Positions 28,621-37,235 of a stretch of DNA of 64,000 bases are shown one piece after another (positions within the stretch are counted from its first letter, which is position 1; each line of letters opens with the position of its first letter). A model generated the notes under the pieces. The model ran no database searches, was not told where the DNA came from, and saw only the letters and a program-made list of their open reading frames with translations. This DNA is from Thermovirgaceae bacterium (GTDB taxonomy: Bacteria > Synergistota > Synergistia > Synergistales > Thermovirgaceae). The stretch is taken from assembly GCA_040767805.1 (NCBI GenBank), contig JAXGNU010000003.1, forward strand, positions 130,961 to 194,960, in the 5' to 3' direction. A program made the translations under genes and the position numbers.

Positions 28621-29748
28621 CTACCCCAAGGACTGGACGATACTTTGGATCGCCTCGACGCCCCGCCGGATCTCGTCCCGCGTATTGAAGTAGGAAAAGG
28701 AAAAGCGGACCATGCCCCGGTCAACGGTACCGAAGCGCTGATGCAGCAAGGGCGCGCAATGGCTGCCTGCCCTGGTCGCTATTCCATGGTCCTCCCAAAG
28801 CCTTGCCGCGAGGTCGGAGGAGTCCAGCCCCTCGACATTCAGCGCGAATACCGCCAAATGACCGGGCGTGGCGGGGTTTCCGTAAAAGGTTACCGGCTTC
28901 AGGTTCTTCAGGCTGCCGTAAAAAAGGGTCGCCAGGCTCCTCTCCTTGGCCCGGATCTTGTCAAGGCCCAGGGCGTTTATGAACTGGACCCCCTTTTGCA
29001 GCCCGAAGATGCCGTGGCTGTTCGGCGTTCCCGCTTCGAACACGTCGGGCATTTCAGTGGACTGGGAGCGCTCGAAGCTGTTCACGCCGGCTCCCCCGGT
29101 CTTCACGACGGCAAACTCGATCGGCCCCTTCGCGATGATACCACCCGTCCCCTGGGGACCGAAGAGCGCTTTGTGCCCGGTAAAGCAAAGGATATCGGCC
29201 ATATCAGCCGTGACGGGGATCGCCCCGAAAGTCTGCGACACGTCAAGGATCAGGGTGATGCCGTGGCGCTTGCACTTGGCGTAAAGCGTCCCGATATCGG
29301 TGACGTTCCCTATGACATTTGAGCCGTGGGTGCAGACACAAAACTTGGTGGAAGGCTTCGCCAGGCTCTCAAAGGTATCCAGCAACAGGTCGCCCTTATC
29401 GTCGCACTCCAAAATGCTAAGATCACATCCGGTCAAATATAAGGGGCGTAACACGGAATTATGCTCCAGGACCGTTGTGATCACGTGGTCCTCTTTTTTG
29501 ACCAGTCCGCGGATCACGAGGTTGAGGCTCTCCGTCGATGACGATGTGAATGCCACCCGGAGCGGGTCCTCGAGCTCCGCGAGGTCGGCGATCTCCTTGC
29601 GCGTCCGGTATATTTCCCTGTTGGCCAGCATGACCGCGCCGTAAAAGGAGCGCCCGGCGTTGCCGAAATGATCGATGGCGTACTTTACGGCCTTGGCCAC
29701 CTCGGGCGGCTTGATCAGCGTTGTCGCGCTGTTGTCGAAATAGATCAT
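28621..29748 (-). CDS. Cysteine desulfurase / selenocysteine lyase-like class V aminotransferase
   Basis: IYFDNSATT, EHNSVLRP, HGSNV.G, FTGHKAL.GP.GTG, FEAGTPN, RAGSHCAPL. Confidence 0.92.
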   Translation of the reverse strand: MIYFDNSATTLIKPPEVAKAVKYAIDHFGNAGRSFYGAVMLANREIYRTRKEIADLAELEDPLRVAFTSSSTESLNLVIRGLVKKEDHVITTVLEHNSVLRPLYLTGCDLSILECDDKGDLLLDTFESLAKPSTKFCVCTHGSNVIGNVTDIGTLYAKCKRHGITLILDVSQTFGAIPVTADMADILCFTGHKALFGPQGTGGIIAKGPIEFAVVKTGGAGVNSFERSQSTEMPDVFEAGTPNSHGIFGLQKGVQFINALGLDKIRAKERSLATLFYGSLKNLKPVTFYGNPATPGHLAVFALNVEGLDSSDLAARLWEDHGIATRAGSHCAPLLHQRFGTVDRGMVRFSFSYFNTRDEIRRGVEAIQSIVQSLG

Positions 29749-29768
29749 CCTCTTTACCCTTCCTCCTA

Positions 29769-29790
29769 GGTGTCAGACCTACACAATTGA
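29769..29790 (+). repeat. 22-bp island repeat, perfect copy, between the AbiEii stop and the desulfurase RBS
   Basis: GGTGTCAGACCTACACAATTGA. Confidence 0.95.
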
Positions 29791-29796
29791 CAGATC

Positions 29797-30678
29797 CTAA
29801 CCGGGATAAGGCTCACCGAGAAGCGTTTTAACCAGGGGCTTTAACTCCTCAAGTACCTGGTCAAATCCAGGAAGGCCCATGACGAAAGCACTAAGGCTAT
29901 TATCCCAGTTTCGATACGCCTCGGAAACAAGCTCTTGGCTAAAAAAATCATCGGGGCTACTAAAGGACACGTTTCTATGCTCATTCTTGAGATACAGTAT
30001 CTCCACCACTTTTTCGGGTTTGAAAGCATACCCTAGTTTCGTAAGGATCTGCCACAAGTCGTAGTAATCCCTGGAGCGGGGACGGTTCCATCCCCTGGTG
30101 ATCAGCTTTTCATGTGTTTGCAGTAAGGTTCTCAGTTTTTCAGCGATGATCTCCTCAAGGCAATAACAGGTCACTTCTCTCCGAAGGTTCTCTTCATAAT
30201 ATCCGTGCAAAAGAGGACGCTTTTCCGGTGCAAGAAGAATGGGCTCATCATGGCTGATCTCCATTTTTACACGACATAAAGGCCGGGGATGCCACTGAAA
30301 CTGAACCCTGATGATGAACGCCTCCTGGCCATGGGGATGAGGATCACGCTCCTGATATTTTTCCAGAAGAAGAGAAAAAAGACCCTGTTCCAGGAGGAGG
30401 CTTCGTGAAAGTTCGATTGCCTCTGCTACGCACCTCTCCAACTCATCGCCTTTTGGTGCGCCCATACCCGAAAAATCCAGATCCTCGGAAAACCTGTATT
30501 CCCCGAAAAACACCTTTTTAAGGGCTGTCCCACCTTTGAAGACCAGCGTATCCTTCAGAATCGGGTGGCTTGATACCCCTGCAAGAATGTAACTCAAGGC
30601 ATAGTCCTTTTCGACCACTTCTTGCGGGATCCCCAATGCTTGGGAAGTCTGTCGAACCCGGACTCGCAGGGGTTTCAT
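29797..30678 (-). CDS. abiEii: Type IV toxin-antitoxin AbiEii nucleotidyltransferase toxin
   Basis: VEKDY, FKGGTAL, RFSEDLDF, AEKLR, RDYYD; ATG overlaps the abiEi stop. Confidence 0.92.
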   Translation of the reverse strand: MKPLRVRVRQTSQALGIPQEVVEKDYALSYILAGVSSHPILKDTLVFKGGTALKKVFFGEYRFSEDLDFSGMGAPKGDELERCVAEAIELSRSLLLEQGLFSLLLEKYQERDPHPHGQEAFIIRVQFQWHPRPLCRVKMEISHDEPILLAPEKRPLLHGYYEENLRREVTCYCLEEIIAEKLRTLLQTHEKLITRGWNRPRSRDYYDLWQILTKLGYAFKPEKVVEILYLKNEHRNVSFSSPDDFFSQELVSEAYRNWDNSLSAFVMGLPGFDQVLEELKPLVKTLLGEPYPG

Positions 30679-31532
30679 GGGGCCTTGCGCCCCGCAAGGT
30701 TCACTCGGATATTCCATCGCCTATCGAAAACTCCTTCCTGTCGCCCTGCGGGGTCCAGCAAATGATATCCCGTGGCAGGTATCGCCAGGAGGGGGTCAAG
30801 GACTCTCTCGGGGACAGAAAGACGCTCAAGCAGCCACCCCAATCTCTTGGCCGGGGCTATCTTTCCGTATCTGAGGGCGTAACCGGTAAGTTTTTCAATT
30901 TCCAGCGAAAAAAGGTGTTCCTCCATTATTCCAAGCACCTCGCCCATTCCTCCAAAACTTTTTGGCGATACGAAAAGCTCCAGCACCGTCCGTTCACGAT
31001 CAGTAATAGGTATTCTGGAGTACTGGTCGATCCAAATCCTTTCTATACCGAAAAAATGTTCTTTACTAACCCTTTTGTATTGAAATCGAACACCATCGAC
31101 TAACCATCCATGACGCTGGAAATCCTTTCCCGTGGGACTATCCCGCCGCATGCTCGGTGTGACGACATTCTTTGGGGTTATTGAAGTGATAATTCTCGGG
31201 ACTTGCCCTGTTAACCCATAATGGTGTAGGGCTGACCAATTGCTTATCGCGGAAGGTACTACCAAATTTGTGGCAATGGCGAAGGAGTGTAACTGGACAT
31301 CTCCTGATAACGCCCCGATACGGGCATACAGGCCGCGCTTCAGGCGGGTTATCCATCCATCCCGGGTCAGAAAGGACAGAAATTTATTTATATATGATCC
31401 GGGTATCCCGCTCTCTTCCGCAATTCGTCTTGCATCGGAAGTGGAAAAGACAGTCAGGCCTTCTTCAGAGAGTGACTTTAGAAATCTTATCCTATAATTA
31501 TTCTCCTGGTCCTTTTGCATCGATCTGCTCAT
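30675..31532 (-). CDS. abiEi: Type IV toxin-antitoxin AbiEi antitoxin / transcriptional regulator
   Basis: N-terminal wHTH with RLKRGLY; S.WSALHHYGL..QVP; TDRERT; KRLGWLLE; WNIRVN. Confidence 0.88.
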   Translation of the reverse strand: MSRSMQKDQENNYRIRFLKSLSEEGLTVFSTSDARRIAEESGIPGSYINKFLSFLTRDGWITRLKRGLYARIGALSGDVQLHSFAIATNLVVPSAISNWSALHHYGLTGQVPRIITSITPKNVVTPSMRRDSPTGKDFQRHGWLVDGVRFQYKRVSKEHFFGIERIWIDQYSRIPITDRERTVLELFVSPKSFGGMGEVLGIMEEHLFSLEIEKLTGYALRYGKIAPAKRLGWLLERLSVPERVLDPLLAIPATGYHLLDPAGRQEGVFDRRWNIRVNLAGRKAP

Positions 31533-31547
31533 AACGGAAACTCCATT

Positions 31548-31600
31548 ATAAAAATCACTACGAAAATACTAAAAAATGGTATTTATGCAGTGTATTTTAT
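31548..31600 (-). promoter_or_regulatory. Imperfect 22-bp inverted repeat upstream of abiEi (candidate autorepression operator)
   Basis: ATAAAAATCACTACGAAAATAC-9 bp-GTATTTATGCAGTGTATTTTAT, 17/22 paired. Confidence 0.55.
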
Positions 31601-31643
31601 AACGAGTTCTGGTAATGTGCAACCCCGGACGATAGTACTTTTA

Positions 31644-32603
31644 TCAATGTGTTCGCCTTTGCGCCATTGGCAGATTCAGCTTACGAGCCACTTCAAGGAC
31701 TTTCTTTTCCAAGACCTTGTCCTTTTTCATGACCTCGTCGAACCGCTTCCTCGCCTGGGTCACCCCCGAGGGCGTGAGATCGAAAAGGTTCCCGATCTCC
31801 TGCAGCTTAGCCCCGCTGAAACGATGGCAAAGGTAGACCCCCGCCACCCTGGCCAGCCTGCCGCTGTCGGGGAACGCCTCTCCTGCCGCCGCCTTGATCT
31901 TCCCAATGTCGGGCCTCCCCTGCAGCTCCCGCAGGGCGGGGATATCCCTGTCGGGCGCCATCCCCTCGAGGTAGGTCTCCTTGATGTACCTGACGAAATC
32001 ATCGCTGCCGAGAATGGTCGAGGCGATCGAGCCGGAAAGAAGGTCAGGGCTCTTTTTTCCGATGGCCTCCAGGATGTAGTCCCTGTAATGTATCCTTTGC
32101 TTGGCAGGGTCCGTTCCGAAATACCCCAGGACAAAACCGGTGGAAATCCACGGGGACGCTGTCCTCTCCTGGTAGAACCGGTAACTGCTCCACTTGTACT
32201 CTTCCGGCAAGGCCACCATCTTAGCCCTCACGGGGTTAAGGTGTATATAGCGGGACAGTTCAGCGGCGTAGGCGTCCGCCTCGACAAGGATGGCCCTGTA
32301 GCGGCCCTGCAGGAGATGGCCCGCCCTCTTCCGTTTCACGTTGAAGTAGTTCGTGTAGGAGTTGTTGATATGCTTCATGATCCTGGAAAGGTTGCCCTCG
32401 GGGGTTTCGATCATCAGGTGGTAGTGATTGCTCATGAGGCAGTAGGCGTGGAATACGGCCCCGTACCTCTCCGCCGCCGACTCCAGGTAGGTCAGGAATT
32501 TCTCCCTGTCGCCTTCGCTTTTGAAGATATCCTTTTGCTCGTTACCCCTGGATGTGACATGATAGAAAGCTCCCGGGTATTCGATCCTCAAGGGTCTGCC
32601 CAT
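31644..32603 (-). CDS. Y1/HUH transposase (RAYT/TnpA-REP-like) with a C-terminal DnaA-like HTH, copy 1 (intact)
   Basis: RPLRIEYPGAFYHVTSRGN, YCLMSNHYHL (HUH), GHLLQGRY, YIHLNPVRA (catalytic Tyr), YKWSSY; C-terminal YLCHRFSGAKLQEIG. Confidence 0.93.
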   Translation of the reverse strand: MGRPLRIEYPGAFYHVTSRGNEQKDIFKSEGDREKFLTYLESAAERYGAVFHAYCLMSNHYHLMIETPEGNLSRIMKHINNSYTNYFNVKRKRAGHLLQGRYRAILVEADAYAAELSRYIHLNPVRAKMVALPEEYKWSSYRFYQERTASPWISTGFVLGYFGTDPAKQRIHYRDYILEAIGKKSPDLLSGSIASTILGSDDFVRYIKETYLEGMAPDRDIPALRELQGRPDIGKIKAAAGEAFPDSGRLARVAGVYLCHRFSGAKLQEIGNLFDLTPSGVTQARKRFDEVMKKDKVLEKKVLEVARKLNLPMAQRRTH

Positions 32604-32639
32604 CGTCAAACCTCCGTCCCCGGCAGGGTTCATTTACCC

Positions 32640-32669
32640 CATTCTGGATCGAAAAACCCGGTTCGTCAA
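32640..32669 (-). promoter_or_regulatory. Predicted sigma70 promoter of the Y1 transposase; the -35 box is formed by the end of the repeat
   Basis: Minus strand TTGACG-17 bp-CAGAAT; copy 2 has TTGATG-17 bp-CAGAAT. Confidence 0.6.
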
Positions 32670-32687
32670 TTGTGTAGGTCTGACACC
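32666..32687 (-). repeat. 22-bp island repeat, perfect copy, upstream of Y1 transposase copy 1
   Basis: TCAATTGTGTAGGTCTGACACC. Confidence 0.95.
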
Positions 32688-32718
32688 ATCTGGATTTTGT
32701 TGACACCATCTGGGTTTT

Positions 32719-33645
32719 TTAGGATTGATTTGGCAGAAAACTGTTCAGTGATCCATCGGTGAAAACATGCTTCGGAAACTTCATGTAAAAAGTATAATTC
32801 TGATCTGATTCAGCCCATTGACCAAAATGAACATCGCCACAAGCCGAAATCAATAGGTTGGCTTCTTCAAGTGAGATTCCGGTTCTAGAGCAAAGAAATT
32901 CTGCCATCCTCACAGATAGATCGAAAAGACCTACCGAACCACTTGAAGCTTCGGAATAAGCTATCCAGTGGGTAGACGTTTCAAGCATAGGAGCCCTAAG
33001 GTAGACAGAGGGGAATACCTTTTCTATCGAGATGGTCACGTCAGCTCCGGTTTCTACTCCAATACATATCTCTCCATTCCCCATGTTTGCATGCACGTCT
33101 CCCAGGGAAACCATTGTTCCATTCACGAATACCGGAAAATAAATTGTCGTTCCGACTCCTAGTTCAGGTATGTCCATATTCCCTCCGTGTATTCCTGTTT
33201 GGCCTGTGGGGAATGGAAGGTTGGGACAAGAGCCTATTGTCCCAACATGAGGTCTTAAGTCCACCTTAATGTTATCAGCGAATTCAATATAGTTTTTATC
33301 TTGGAAAATTTTAACGATCTTTGTTTTCGGCGACTGGACCAACCGTTGCATGACTCCTTCTCGGGGAATTAAGGTAAGGACTCCCCAATCTCTGAGTCGA
33401 ATATCTTGCACTTTTAATGCTACAACATCCCCAGGTCTTGTGTTTTCAATGAAGAGCGGACCAGTGCAGGGATTGATGTGGGTCATATCGAGGTCCGTGA
33501 AGAGATCTTCTTCTTTCTGGAGTTCATCAGAAAAGCAATCCAACGTCTCGAAAACAACCCAGTCCCCTAGCTTGGCTCTTTCTGCTGGTTCTTTAAATGG
33601 ATCGAACCTGTAGTGATGGTTTTTTTTAGATATTCTTTTATGCAT
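32719..33645 (-). CDS. Acetamidase/formamidase family protein
   Basis: ETLDCF, NPCTGP...PGD, HGGNMD, YFPV...G..SLGDVHA.MG.GE. Confidence 0.88.
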   Translation of the reverse strand: MHKRISKKNHHYRFDPFKEPAERAKLGDWVVFETLDCFSDELQKEEDLFTDLDMTHINPCTGPLFIENTRPGDVVALKVQDIRLRDWGVLTLIPREGVMQRLVQSPKTKIVKIFQDKNYIEFADNIKVDLRPHVGTIGSCPNLPFPTGQTGIHGGNMDIPELGVGTTIYFPVFVNGTMVSLGDVHANMGNGEICIGVETGADVTISIEKVFPSVYLRAPMLETSTHWIAYSEASSGSVGLFDLSVRMAEFLCSRTGISLEEANLLISACGDVHFGQWAESDQNYTFYMKFPKHVFTDGSLNSFLPNQS

Positions 33646-33663
33646 TGGAACCTCCCCAAATCA

Positions 33664-34710
33664 TCAATCATTTGTTTTTAAAAAACGACTTAAAGCCTTG
33701 ATTCCCAATTCCTTTTCGCCCATGATGCCTTCCGGTTTTTTGATTAGAACGATTATAAATAGGATACCAAGCAGGATGGTAGTAAAACCGAGGAACGGAG
33801 GGATTTGAAGTCCGAAAAGAGTGAAACCCTCCTCGATAGGAGCAAGCACTTCCAGGAAAAAAGTGATTACTCCTGCTCCTATAACGGCACCTGAGATACT
33901 ACCCATTCCTCCAATCACCATCATAGCGACAATATCGAACATGAAGGTCAGGCCGAAAGTGCTCGGGGATACAGTTCTGATAAGGTGAACCCAAAGAATG
34001 CCTCCACAAGTAGCGATGAAACCACTGAGGGCAAAGGCAATTATTTTATATTTCAGTAGATTAATTCCCATATGTTCAGCCAAGTCCTGGTCACGCCCTA
34101 TAGCAATAAAAGCCCGACCTAAAGCGCTTTTTTTCAACATTAATATCAAATAAACAACGACAGCCGCTATTCCCCAAACCCACCAGATGCTGGTATACGC
34201 AGGGAATTGCCAAAGGCCAGCGGGACCATTCGTGATCGATCGTATATTTTCTGCTATATTTGTGACAATAATCGCAAATCCTAATGAGCCAGCACAAAAA
34301 TAAAAACTTTTTAGACGGAGAGCTGGAAAAGCTAACAATACAGCGACGAGTGCACCAAACAAACTCCCTACCAACAGAGCCGGCAACAAGGTCCATTGGG
34401 TGTTAAGAACATATTCTGGAAGGTGGAGATGAACAATACCGTTCTTGAAAGCAGGCGGGAGAGTGAAAAAAGCTGCGAAATAAATACCTGCTAGGATAAT
34501 TCCTCCATGGCCTATTGAGAAAAAGTTTATCCAACTATTGGTGATATTCAAGGAGACAGCGAAAATAACGTTTATGCCAAAAAGCATAAGCAGTGTTTTC
34601 CAAAAACCCGATACGTATCCGTCAACAAAATACATCGCTGCAACTAAGATAATCACGATGCCCAACAAAGATGCTCTTTTGGTCCGAATGTGGTTTTTAA
34701 GATTGTTCAT
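33664..34710 (-). CDS. Branched-chain amino acid-type ABC permease (LivM-like)
   Basis: SIGHG, PALRLK..Y, TNGPAG, IGGMGSISG, KPEGI. Confidence 0.9.
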   Translation of the reverse strand: MNNLKNHIRTKRASLLGIVIILVAAMYFVDGYVSGFWKTLLMLFGINVIFAVSLNITNSWINFFSIGHGGIILAGIYFAAFFTLPPAFKNGIVHLHLPEYVLNTQWTLLPALLVGSLFGALVAVLLAFPALRLKSFYFCAGSLGFAIIVTNIAENIRSITNGPAGLWQFPAYTSIWWVWGIAAVVVYLILMLKKSALGRAFIAIGRDQDLAEHMGINLLKYKIIAFALSGFIATCGGILWVHLIRTVSPSTFGLTFMFDIVAMMVIGGMGSISGAVIGAGVITFFLEVLAPIEEGFTLFGLQIPPFLGFTTILLGILFIIVLIKKPEGIMGEKELGIKALSRFLKTND

Positions 34711-34722
34711 TGCTCCATCCCC

Positions 34723-35613
34723 TCATTTAATGTTCGCCCTGAACAACCCACTAGGTTTAAGAAAGAGGATTAGGAAGAACACCAGCCATAAAAACAGCGG
34801 TCTCAAGCCAACAAGATCAGGTGGGAGAAATGCAACGAAAAGAGCCCCGCCTATTCCCAGGATGTAACCGCTAGCAATGGCCCCGTTGATATTTCCGATA
34901 CCCCCCACCACCGAGGCAATAAAGGCAGCTACTACCGCCTCAACACCTATACTGGACGAAACATAACCGTAGAGTAAACCCCAGAATACCGCTGCAATGC
35001 CGCAGAGAATGGATGAAAGAATAAAAGTAAACACGATGATTTTCTCGGTATTGATTCCCATTGCCTGGGAGAGGGAACTATCGTAGGAGACACTTCTCAT
35101 AGCAACACCAAATTTGGTCTTACGTACAAAAGTGGCAAGGGCCACCCCGATTATGACCGTAAGGGAAAAGATAATTATGTTCTTTTTGAAGATGTAAAGG
35201 TTCCCAAAGGTAAAGATACCGGCGAAATAATCAGGAACCAAAAAGGGTTTCAATTGATCACCAAGAGTCAAAATAGAAAGATTTCTCAAAATGATGGAGG
35301 CACCTAAGGAAACAATGAAAAGAGTAATCATGCCGACGTTCCTGACGGGCTTAAAACATACTCTTTCAATAATCAAGCCTATGGCAACAGAACCAGCAAT
35401 GCTAGCAATCACCCCTGCCCAGAAAGGCAATCCTAACACGCTCATAGCAATATAGGCGGCAATGGCACCAGCCATAAGGACTTCTCCATGAGCGAAGTTG
35501 ACTAAGCCGATAATCCCAAAGGTCATTGTGTATCCTGCTCCCAGTAGAGCCATAACACTACCCCAACCAAGAGCATTTATGGATTGTTGGAGGATGTACT
35601 CCATTGAACTCAC
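34723..35613 (-). CDS. Branched-chain amino acid-type ABC permease (LivH-like)
   Basis: G.VNFAHGE, TKFGVAMR, MGIN, VVGGIG. Confidence 0.9.
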   Translation of the reverse strand: MSSMEYILQQSINALGWGSVMALLGAGYTMTFGIIGLVNFAHGEVLMAGAIAAYIAMSVLGLPFWAGVIASIAGSVAIGLIIERVCFKPVRNVGMITLFIVSLGASIILRNLSILTLGDQLKPFLVPDYFAGIFTFGNLYIFKKNIIIFSLTVIIGVALATFVRKTKFGVAMRSVSYDSSLSQAMGINTEKIIVFTFILSSILCGIAAVFWGLLYGYVSSSIGVEAVVAAFIASVVGGIGNINGAIASGYILGIGGALFVAFLPPDLVGLRPLFLWLVFFLILFLKPSGLFRANIK

Positions 35614-35626
35614 CCCTTGAGTTAAT

Positions 35627-36349
35627 TCACATAATTCCTAGATATACATCCTTAACCTGTTCGTTATCCTTTATTTCCATCGCTGTCCCCTCAAAAGCTA
35701 TACTGCCTTTTTTAATTAGATACCCATAATCGGCCAAATCAAGTGCCATATGGGCATTCTGTTCGACAAGAAGTACCGTCACACCTTGTTCGTTAATAGT
35801 TTTTAATGTTTCTTTGATTTGTTGAATCAACTGCGGAGCCAGGCCCAACGACGGTTCATCCAGAAGAAGAAGCTTCGGTGAACTCATTAGCGCTCTTCCA
35901 ATTGCGAGCATCTCTTGTTCTCCTCCGCTTAGGGATTCAGCAAGCTGATTGGTACGCTCTTCCAGAATAGGGAAAAGTGAATAAACCCTATCCAAATTCT
36001 CTTGATACCGCCTTTTATCTTTCAGGGTGAAAGCCCCGGCTTGCAAATTTTCCTTGCAGGTAAGGTTCCCAAACACTGCTCGACCTTCAGGACAATAACC
36101 TATTCCCAATGAAGCCCTGAAATAGGTGGGTTTTTTCGAAATGTCTTCGCCGTAGAAAAAAATCTGTCCACTTGTGAGCACAGTCTGTCCTAAGATCGTT
36201 CTTAAAATAGTTGTTTTGCCGACACCGTTGGCTCCAAGAAGAGTGACGATGGACTTCTCCTCTAACGCGATAGTCACATCGTGAATTACCGTCATTTTTC
36301 CGTAGCCTGCACTGACCTGCCTCATCTCGAGAAGAAAATTTTCATTCAT
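35627..36349 (-). CDS. ABC ATP-binding protein (LivF-like)
   Basis: GANGVGKTT, PEGR..F, LSGGEQEM, LDEPSLGLAP. Confidence 0.92.
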   Translation of the reverse strand: MNENFLLEMRQVSAGYGKMTVIHDVTIALEEKSIVTLLGANGVGKTTILRTILGQTVLTSGQIFFYGEDISKKPTYFRASLGIGYCPEGRAVFGNLTCKENLQAGAFTLKDKRRYQENLDRVYSLFPILEERTNQLAESLSGGEQEMLAIGRALMSSPKLLLLDEPSLGLAPQLIQQIKETLKTINEQGVTVLLVEQNAHMALDLADYGYLIKKGSIAFEGTAMEIKDNEQVKDVYLGIM

Positions 36350-37146
36350 TCGGCGCCTCCCAAATACGCTCTAATCACTTCTGGGTTCTTTCTAATTTCC
36401 TCTGGAACCCCCTCACCAATTTTTGCTCCATAATTGATCGCTATAACGCTATCGCAGGCCTCCATGATTACTGACATATCGTGTTCAATTAAAACAACTG
36501 TAAGAGAGAAAATATCTTTAATTCGGAAGAGAGTCGTTATGAATTCTTTTGTCTCCTTGGGGTTAAGTCCACTGGCCGGTTCATCTAGCAAAAGGAGTCG
36601 AGGATTGAGTGCGAGGCTCCGTGCAAGGCTGACCTTCCTTTGGATTCCAAATGGCAGGTCTTCAGAGGCCTCTTCAGCGAAATCGGTAATCCCCAGGATC
36701 TCGAGAATTTCCAAAGCCTTGTATATTTTTTCCTGTTCCTCACTGAAGAAACGAGAAGATTGAAGTATTATGTCGAAAATTGAATAACGCGTCTGGAGGA
36801 AAAAGGCTGTATTGATTTCCTCTAGCACAGACATCCCTTTGCTCATTCTGATTTGTTGGAATGTCCTTGCTATCCCACGGGCTACCCGCTTATCCGCTTT
36901 TTCGTTAGTAATAACGTTGCCCTCAAAAAGAATCTGACCAGAATTAGGTCGATAGAAACCTGAGATTAGATTTACAATCGTGGTTTTACCTGCACCATTG
37001 GGGCCAATAAGGCCTTTAATCTCCCCTGAATGCACATCCATAGAGAAATCAGAAACGGCAACCAAACCGCCAAAGGTCTTCGTAAGACCCTTAATGGTAA
37101 GGAGAGGGTAAGACCCTTTAGGGGTAGCTTGAATATCAATCATCAT
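36346..37146 (-). CDS. ABC ATP-binding protein (LivG-like)
   Basis: FGGLVAV, GPNGAGKTT, ARTFQ, LDEPASGLN, IEHDM, AYLG. Confidence 0.92.
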   Translation of the reverse strand: MMIDIQATPKGSYPLLTIKGLTKTFGGLVAVSDFSMDVHSGEIKGLIGPNGAGKTTIVNLISGFYRPNSGQILFEGNVITNEKADKRVARGIARTFQQIRMSKGMSVLEEINTAFFLQTRYSIFDIILQSSRFFSEEQEKIYKALEILEILGITDFAEEASEDLPFGIQRKVSLARSLALNPRLLLLDEPASGLNPKETKEFITTLFRIKDIFSLTVVLIEHDMSVIMEACDSVIAINYGAKIGEGVPEEIRKNPEVIRAYLGGAE

Positions 37147-37235
37147 TTCCCTCCACCAAAGGCTCTAGTAAATTATCCAAGTAGAAAAAAAAGGGCAGAG
37201 GGTCTGATCACACCCCCTGCCCTATTTGGAAGAGT

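Noticed and set aside
31515..32762. 415-aa plus-strand ORF (and 39074-39652)
   Set aside because: Antisense to the Y1 transposase genes.
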